Assembly (NCBI GenBank): GCA_965219455.1
Contig: OZ244744.1
Span: forward strand, 256,001-320,000
Length of the DNA stretch: 64,000 nucleotides
Direction: 5' to 3'
From: Candidatus Latescibacterota bacterium
Lineage (GTDB): Bacteria > Latescibacterota > UBA2968 > GCA-2709665
Positions 58,484-64,000 of the stretch are shown piece by piece. The translations under genes and the position numbers were made by a program. Positions within the stretch are counted from its first letter, which is position 1. The number at the start of each line of letters is the position of its first letter. The notes under the pieces are model-generated. The model was not told where the DNA came from. It did not search any database and was given only the letters and a program-made list of their open reading frames with translations.

Positions 58484-58852
58484 CTAAAACAACAACCCGC
58501 CTTCGCGCGCGCCGTCGGCCAATGCCTTGATCCGGCCATGATACAGACAGCCGCCCCGATCGAAAACAACCGTTTTAATACCGACTTCCAGAGCCTTGAC
58601 TGCTACTGCGCGCCCCACCTCGCGGCCCTTTTCGCACTTGTTGCCCGAGAGCATGTCGCGAATTTCTCTGGAATTGCTCGAGAGTCCAAGCAGGGACCGC
58701 CCCGTCGTGTCGTCGATCAGCTGCGCCTCAATGTGGTTCAGGCTTCTGCTAACCGCCAATCGGGGACGCCCGGCCGTACCGCGGATCTTTTTCCGAATTC
58801 GCAATCGGCGGCGGCGGCGCAGGTTGGCCTTCTGGATCTGTGGGTTTGCCAT
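58484..58852 (-). CDS. rplR: 50S ribosomal protein L18
   Basis: RPRL; VVFDRGG.LYHGR. Confidence 0.97.
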   Translation of the reverse strand: MANPQIQKANLRRRRRLRIRKKIRGTAGRPRLAVSRSLNHIEAQLIDDTTGRSLLGLSSNSREIRDMLSGNKCEKGREVGRAVAVKALEVGIKTVVFDRGGCLYHGRIKALADGAREGGLLF

Positions 58853-58879
58853 GAAAATCCGCTCCGTGTATCCTGAAAT

Positions 58880-59446
58880 TTACGTTACAGTGGCCTTGCC
58901 CGCCTTACGACGAACGTACTCATTAACGTACCGTATCCCTTTACCTTTGTAAGGCTCGGGGGGACGGACTTTTCGAATATCGGCGGCGATCCGCCCCACC
59001 CATTCTTTATTGGCACCCCGAACGACGATTGACGCCTGGGCCAGGTCAATTTCGGAGGGGGCCGCCTCGACATTTATTTCGACGCCATCAATGGGCTCGA
59101 AAATCACGGGGTGGCTGAAACCGACCTGTAAATCGAGATTCCTGCCCTTCATTTCAGCGCGATAACCCACGCCCACGACGACCAGTCGTTTTTCAAATCC
59201 ATTACGCACACCTTCAACCGCGTTGGCCAACAATGCTCGGGTCAGGCCCCACACTGCCTTTGACTCCCTGTCCTCAATATCCTCCACGGTTACACGGAGC
59301 GTCCCGTCGTCCTGCCGAACCCGTGTTAACGGATGAACCCGTACCGTCAATTCGCCCTTGCTCCCTTTCACCCGCACCCCGTCGGACTGAACATGTATCT
59401 GAACGTCATCCGGAACGGGAATCGGCTGTTTTCCAATGCGTGACAC
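58880..59446 (-). CDS. rplF: 50S ribosomal protein L6
   Basis: MSRIGKQP; PEPYKGKGIRY; GTG start. Confidence 0.97.
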   Translation of the reverse strand: MSRIGKQPIPVPDDVQIHVQSDGVRVKGSKGELTVRVHPLTRVRQDDGTLRVTVEDIEDRESKAVWGLTRALLANAVEGVRNGFEKRLVVVGVGYRAEMKGRNLDLQVGFSHPVIFEPIDGVEINVEAAPSEIDLAQASIVVRGANKEWVGRIAADIRKVRPPEPYKGKGIRYVNEYVRRKAGKATVT

Positions 59447-59461
59447 CTGGAATCCTCCAAT

Positions 59462-59860
59462 TTACCAGAGGTGGCAGAGAACCTCGCCGCCGACCCCGGC
59501 CATGCGAGCCTCGCTATCCGTGAGTATTCCCCGTGAAGTGGAAAGTACGGCCACGCCGAGACCGTTGAGCACCCTGGGGATCTCGCCGACACCGACGTAA
59601 CGACGGAGCCCGGGTCGGCTGATGCGCACCAATCCCTGTATGGCGCTCTCGTCGTCCGAACTGTACCTGAGATACAGCCGGATGTAACCCTGCCGGTTGT
59701 CCTCCACGCGGGCGTAGTTGTGGATGAACCCTTTTGTTTTCAAAATTCGGGCAATTTCGGTTTTAATCCGGGAGCCCGGAATGTCTACCTTCCGGTGCCC
59801 CGCACCGGCTCCATTCCGAATACGGGTCAGCATATCCGCTATCGGATCGCTCATACTCAT
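59462..59860 (-). CDS. rpsH: 30S ribosomal protein S8
   Basis: DPIADMLTRIRN; S.PGLR.Y; GGEV. Confidence 0.97.
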   Translation of the reverse strand: MSMSDPIADMLTRIRNGAGAGHRKVDIPGSRIKTEIARILKTKGFIHNYARVEDNRQGYIRLYLRYSSDDESAIQGLVRISRPGLRRYVGVGEIPRVLNGLGVAVLSTSRGILTDSEARMAGVGGEVLCHLW

Positions 59861-59891
59861 AGGGCCAACCGCCTCCTGTCTGTCACAACGG

Positions 59892-60077
59892 CTACCAACT
59901 CGCCTTCGCAACCCCGGGAATATCACCCTGCAACGCCAGTTCTCTAAAGCAGATCCGACAGATTCCGAACTGCCTCATGTAGCCTCTGGGGCGTCCGCAG
60001 CGATGGCAACGATTATACCTGCGAACGGCAAACTTCGGTTTTTTGTTTGCTTTGACAATTAACGTCTTTTTTGCCAC
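59892..60077 (-). CDS. rpsZ: 30S ribosomal protein S14 (Zn-binding type Z)
   Basis: GTG start; RCHRCGRPR...CRICFR...ASW. Confidence 0.95.
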   Translation of the reverse strand: MAKKTLIVKANKKPKFAVRRYNRCHRCGRPRGYMRQFGICRICFRELALQGDIPGVAKASW

Positions 60078-60099
60078 AAGAACGCTCGCTTTCTTGAAA

Positions 60100-60654
60100 T
60101 CAGGCCGCTTCGGCAGTCTGGAAGGGCATGCCAAAGCGCTTGAGTAATTCAAACGCCTCTTCGTCGGTCCGGGCCGTGGTAACCAGTGTCACGTCTAGCC
60201 CTCGAACCTGGTCGATCTGATCGTAGTTGATCTCCGGAAAAATGATCTGCTCCCGAACCCCCACGGTAAAATTCCCCCGGCCGTCGAAGGCATTGGGAGA
60301 CAAACCCCTGAAGTCGCGAGTACGGGGTATGGCAAACGTAAAAAAACGGTCGAGAAACTCGTACATCCGATCGCGGCGGAGCGTAACGGCACACCCAACG
60401 GGCATGCCCTGGCGCAGTTTGAAATTCGAGACCGACTTCTTCGCCCGCCGAACCGAAGGACGCTGCCCCGCTATGGTTGACATGTCTGCGATGGCGCTGT
60501 CGATCGCCTTCGGATTCTGGACGGCCTCTCCCAGGCCCATATTCAGGACGATCTTCTCGAGCCTGGCCACCTGCATCCTGTTCTTGTAGGCGAAATGTGA
60601 AACCATCGCCGGGACGATCTCGTTGTTGTACACTTCACGCAGTCGCGCCGCCAT
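60100..60654 (-). CDS. rplE: 50S ribosomal protein L5
   Basis: KIVLNMG.G; RDFRG; FDGRGN; FPEI. Confidence 0.97.
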   Translation of the reverse strand: MAARLREVYNNEIVPAMVSHFAYKNRMQVARLEKIVLNMGLGEAVQNPKAIDSAIADMSTIAGQRPSVRRAKKSVSNFKLRQGMPVGCAVTLRRDRMYEFLDRFFTFAIPRTRDFRGLSPNAFDGRGNFTVGVREQIIFPEINYDQIDQVRGLDVTLVTTARTDEEAFELLKRFGMPFQTAEAA

Positions 60655-60667
60655 CCAACCCTCTCTA

Positions 60668-60994
60668 TCAGCTGGCTTCGGGAATCTGTTCGCCGCTCTT
60701 GACGGCAAGCCGAATACGAACGCCGTTCTCCAGCCTTTTCCGGCGTATCCGGGTGGGCTCGTCGGTCTGTGGATCGATCAACATAAGCTTGGAAATGTGT
60801 ACGGGTGCCTCTTTTTCGACAATACCGCCCTGCTGGTTTTTCGGTCCGGGCCGGGTATGGCGTTTTATGAAATTTATGCCCTCCACCAGCGCCCGCGCCT
60901 TTTTGGGGAATACCTTCAGGACGCGTCCCCGCCTCCCCGCATCCACACCTCCGATGACCTCGACCCGATCTCCCTTGCGAAGATGAACTTTCAC
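60668..60994 (-). CDS. rplX: 50S ribosomal protein L24
   Basis: KGD.V.VI.G; [11 protein letters not shown]. Confidence 0.97.
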   Translation of the reverse strand: MKVHLRKGDRVEVIGGVDAGRRGRVLKVFPKKARALVEGINFIKRHTRPGPKNQQGGIVEKEAPVHISKLMLIDPQTDEPTRIRRKRLENGVRIRLAVKSGEQIPEAS

Positions 60995-61021
60995 CGCTCG
61001 ACTCTCCTCATTGTCGAAAAG

Positions 61022-61390
61022 TCAAACTACTTCGGCCGCCAGAGAAACAATCCGCATAAACCGCCTGTCGCGCAGTTCTCTAGCAACCGGTCCGAAAATG
61101 CGCGTTGCCATCGGCTCGCCGTCGGCGTTTATCAGCACCGCTGCGTTGTCGTCGAAACGAATGTAAGAACCGTCGGAGCGTCGAGCCTCCTTCTTGGTCC
61201 GAACAATGACCGCACGCACGACTTCTCCTTTTTTTACAGCGCTGTTGGGCTGGGCATCCTTTACGGCGACCACGATCGTATCGCCCAAACCGGCATATCT
61301 TCTCCGGGACCCGCCCAGCACGCGGAAACACATCACCTTTCGGGCGCCGCTATTGTCAGCACAGTTCAAAACCGTCTGTTCCATAACCAT
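61022..61390 (-). CDS. rplN: 50S ribosomal protein L14
   Basis: ADNSGA; FDDNAAV; [11 protein letters not shown]. Confidence 0.98.
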   Translation of the reverse strand: MVMEQTVLNCADNSGARKVMCFRVLGGSRRRYAGLGDTIVVAVKDAQPNSAVKKGEVVRAVIVRTKKEARRSDGSYIRFDDNAAVLINADGEPMATRIFGPVARELRDRRFMRIVSLAAEVV

Positions 61391-61403
61391 CCTGTAGCAC
61401 TCC

Positions 61404-61670
61404 CTATTGAACCTTTTCCAGAATCTCTGCGAGACGCCACCGCTTGGTTTTGCTGATTGGGCGGGTTTCCATAATCAATACGGTGTCGCCGGTATTTGCC
61501 GTGTTGGCTTCGTCGTGTGCCGCAAATTTGGAGCGGCGCCTTACAACCTTGCCGTAAAACGGATGGGGCGTCCGCCAGGTGACTTCCACGACGATCGTCT
61601 TATTGGCCTGATTGCTCAGCACCCGACCCACAAGGGTCTTGCGACGGCTGCGCGCGTCGGTTTGCGCCAT
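61404..61670 (-). CDS. rpsQ: 30S ribosomal protein S17
   Basis: AHDE; [11 protein letters not shown]. Confidence 0.97.
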   Translation of the reverse strand: MAQTDARSRRKTLVGRVLSNQANKTIVVEVTWRTPHPFYGKVVRRRSKFAAHDEANTANTGDTVLIMETRPISKTKRWRLAEILEKVQ

Positions 61671-61673
61671 AGT

Positions 61674-61919
61674 TCAATTTCCTTCCGATCCATTGGATTC
61701 GACACCGGGGGCACCGGTTGAGGCTTTCAGGTCCAGTGCGCGCTCGCTCAGTACCGTTTTGATTCGGGCGATGTCCCGTCGGACCGACTGCACCCGAAGC
61801 GGGTTGTCGAGTTGTTGCGTGACAAGCTGAATTCTCAAATTGGACAACTCCTCAAGCCTGTCGTCGAGTAACTCATCAACGTCGGCGGGAGTCATTTGAC
61901 GAATCTCGCTGGCTTTCAT
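61674..61919 (-). CDS. rpmC: 50S ribosomal protein L29
   Basis: MKASEIR...RRDIARIKT. Confidence 0.95.
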   Translation of the reverse strand: MKASEIRQMTPADVDELLDDRLEELSNLRIQLVTQQLDNPLRVQSVRRDIARIKTVLSERALDLKASTGAPGVESNGSEGN

Positions 61920-62335
61920 TCTTCACTGTCTCCCCGTTCGAGAAACCGGGTCTTGATGGGCATTTTGTGACCGGCCTTTCGCATGGCCTCCCGGGCGCTT
62001 TCCCGCTCAACCCCATCGATTTCGAACATAATACGGCCCGGTTTGACGACGGCCACCCAGTATTCCGGATTCCCCTTGCCCTTGCCCATACGGGTCTCCG
62101 CGGGTTTGACAGTGACCGGTTTGTCTGGAAACAGGCGAATCCACACTTTGCCGCCACGCCCGAGTGCGCGTGTAATGGCCACCCGCGCCGCCTCGATCTG
62201 CCGGCTGGTGATCCAGGCGGGCTCCAGCGCCTGCAGCGCGAATTCCCCAAAGGCGATCTTACTTCCCCGGTACGCCATCCCGCGCATGCGTCCGCGCTGC
62301 TGTTTTCGCCACTTGACCCTTTTTGGCATTAACAT
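61916..62335 (-). CDS. rplP: 50S ribosomal protein L16
   Basis: MLMPKRVK; RQIEAAR; RMGKGKG. Confidence 0.98.
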   Translation of the reverse strand: MLMPKRVKWRKQQRGRMRGMAYRGSKIAFGEFALQALEPAWITSRQIEAARVAITRALGRGGKVWIRLFPDKPVTVKPAETRMGKGKGNPEYWVAVVKPGRIMFEIDGVERESAREAMRKAGHKMPIKTRFLERGDSEE

Positions 62336-62366
62336 GGAGTCAGGTCCTTACGAAAACCGGTTCCGA

Positions 62367-63023
62367 TTACTGTGCCGGCGCTCCCGGAATAGGACGTTCC
62401 ACGACCTCGCCGTGACACACCCACACCTTGACACCCACCGTGCCGGAGGTTGTAAAGGCTGTGGACGTTGCATAGTCGATATCGGCCCGAAGCGTATGCA
62501 ACGGCACCCTGCCCGCGGGTTCCGACTTTTCGATTCGCGCCATTTCCGCGCCGCCCAAGCGCCCGCCACATACAATCTTGATGCCGTCGGCACCCATGCG
62601 CATTGCTGAAGCGATGGCCTTTTTCATCGCTCGTCGGAATGAAACGCGCTGCTCCAACTGACGTGCGATATTGTCGGCGACCAATTGCGCATTCAATTCC
62701 GGCCGCTTGATTTCCTGTATATTTATATAAATCTCTTTGCCGGTGATGTGTTTCAGTTCGTCTCTGAGCTTGTCCACCTCTTGCCCTTTACGTCCGATCA
62801 CGATACCGGGTCGAGCGGTATGCACCGAAATGGTGACCCGTTTCGGTGCGCGTTCTATTTCAATTTGGGACACGCTTGCCCGTTGAAGTCTGCTCTGGAT
62901 GTACCGCCGCAGCATTAAATCTTCTTTGAGCAGTTCGGCAAAATCCTTGCCGGCAAACCAGCGGGAACGCCAGTCCTTTACGATGCCCAGTCGGAATCCG
63001 GTTGGATGTGTTTTCTGGCCCAA
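62367..63023 (-). CDS. rpsC: 30S ribosomal protein S3
   Basis: MGQKTHP.GFRLG; GRLGGAE; [11 protein letters not shown]. Confidence 0.98.
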   Translation of the reverse strand: MGQKTHPTGFRLGIVKDWRSRWFAGKDFAELLKEDLMLRRYIQSRLQRASVSQIEIERAPKRVTISVHTARPGIVIGRKGQEVDKLRDELKHITGKEIYINIQEIKRPELNAQLVADNIARQLEQRVSFRRAMKKAIASAMRMGADGIKIVCGGRLGGAEMARIEKSEPAGRVPLHTLRADIDYATSTAFTTSGTVGVKVWVCHGEVVERPIPGAPAQ

Positions 63024-63041
63024 AAGAAATCCTCCCGACGA

Positions 63042-63383
63042 CTAATTGTCGTCTGATACGACCAGCGTAATATGGCTGCAGCGTTTTCGGATAGTCCCGG
63101 CGGCGCCACGCGGCATGGGACGAATTCGACGCATGGCGATGGCGCCGTTCACAAACGCCTCATGAACGTACAGATCTTCTTCCCGAACCGTAGACGCCTC
63201 GACGTTGGCGGCGTTGGCCACCGCCGAACGCAGTGTGCGTTCTACGATCCGGGCTGCCTTCTTGGGTGTAAACTGAAGAATGTGAAACGCTTCTTCAACC
63301 CCTTTACCACGCACAAGATCCACCACCTGTCGCGCTTTTCGGGGTGAAATCTTGACATATCTGGTGACTGCCCTGGCCGTCAT
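63042..63383 (-). CDS. rplV: 50S ribosomal protein L22
   Basis: SPRKAR; SAVANA; SHIT. Confidence 0.97.
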   Translation of the reverse strand: MTARAVTRYVKISPRKARQVVDLVRGKGVEEAFHILQFTPKKAARIVERTLRSAVANAANVEASTVREEDLYVHEAFVNGAIAMRRIRPMPRGAAGTIRKRCSHITLVVSDDN

Positions 63384-63484
63384 CGAAATCCTTCCTTACG
63401 GTAGCCGCACAATCCTCTCGCGTCCGCGAGGCCCATTGCCGGACACCGACAACCGGGAACATCTGGCCGCAAGGTGTACCGAAG

Positions 63485-63772
63485 CTACTTCAGCCCCGTC
63501 GAACGCTCAGTGAGACTTCCTGAGTGCCCTCGAAAAGTACGTGTAGGGGCGAATTCACCCAGCTTGTGACCAACCATATTTTCCGTAATGTACACCGGAA
63601 TGAACTTATTCCCGTTGTGCACCGCGAGCGTATGACCTACAAATTCCGGAGATATGGTCGAACGACGGGCCCACGTCTGGATCACGCGTTTATTGCCCGA
63701 CTTGTTCATTCCCTCGATCTTCGCCAGAATACCCGGGTCCAGATATGGGCCTTTTTTTAGCGACCGTGCCAT
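63485..63772 (-). CDS. rpsS: 30S ribosomal protein S19
   Basis: MARSLKKGP; [11 protein letters not shown]. Confidence 0.98.
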   Translation of the reverse strand: MARSLKKGPYLDPGILAKIEGMNKSGNKRVIQTWARRSTISPEFVGHTLAVHNGNKFIPVYITENMVGHKLGEFAPTRTFRGHSGSLTERSTGLK

Positions 63773-63789
63773 TCAATCCTCGCTGGGGG

Positions 63790-64000
63790 TTAGCTCTTGC
63801 GCTGTTTTCTCACGATAAGTTTGTTGGATTTTTTCTTGCGTTTTCTCGTTTTGTATCCCTTCGTCGGCACCCCCCATGGCGTTACCGGATGTCTGCCACC
63901 TGAGGCACGTCCTTCCCCGCCTCCGTGCGGGTGATCGACGGGATTCATCGCCACGCCCCTCACCGACGGCCGTCTCCCCAGCCACCTGTTGCGACCCGCG
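63790..64000 (-). CDS. rplB: 50S ribosomal protein L2, C-terminal part
   Basis: Manual translation: [30 protein letters not shown]...PWG.PTKG...*. Confidence 0.97.
   Translation of the reverse strand, partial: AGRNRWLGRRPSVRGVAMNPVDHPHGGGEGRASGGRHPVTPWGVPTKGYKTRKRKKKSNKLIVRKQRKS

Noticed and set aside
63384-63484. Unusually long (~100 nt) rpsS-rplV spacer
   Set aside because: No ORF with an RBS, no match to the repeat families, and no convincing structure seen.
1-64000. CRISPR array, tRNA/rRNA genes, transposase or integrase, prophage genes
   Set aside because: No regularly spaced repeat-spacer series, cloverleaf/T-loop signature or relevant protein motifs were found by eye.

Overview
GC-rich bacterial chromosomal segment from a diderm organism. 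The bamD-nadD gene order, the propeller/SpoIIE sensor and the acidic tail on L17 suggest an FCB-group candidate phylum such as Latescibacterota (inference). From left to right: (i) 1-4.2 kb, an accessory patch with a YhaO/YhaN (Mre11/Rad50-like) pair, two toxin-antitoxin modules whose toxins are dead but whose antitoxins are intact, a dif-like palindrome, a GGCT gene and a GTAG-type REP; (ii) 5.6-25.7 kb, a co-directional minus-strand run of catabolic enzymes of unknown substrate, including a Zn-ADH with altered zinc ligands, tandem paralogues of an uncharacterised oxidoreductase-like family, a MocD-like desaturase and a GH38 protein missing most of its Zn ligands; (iii) 25.8-52.4 kb, housekeeping and metabolic genes (zapA, nadD, bamD, rbsK, a eukaryote-type single-chain purL, folD, adk, greA, rlmD) plus a stand-alone 61-aa small-protein gene; (iv) 52.4-64 kb, the S10/spc/alpha ribosomal cluster from rplB (partial) to rplQ, in which secY abuts rpmJ. 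Structure the ORF track does not explain: two families of short inverted-repeat-bounded elements (MITEs) that are nested or chimeric, one carrying a REP-like palindrome cluster and one inserted at the rpmJ stop codon with a 4-bp target duplication. No CRISPR array, tRNA, rRNA or recognisable riboswitch was found. All calls are from manual motif reading; no database searches were run.
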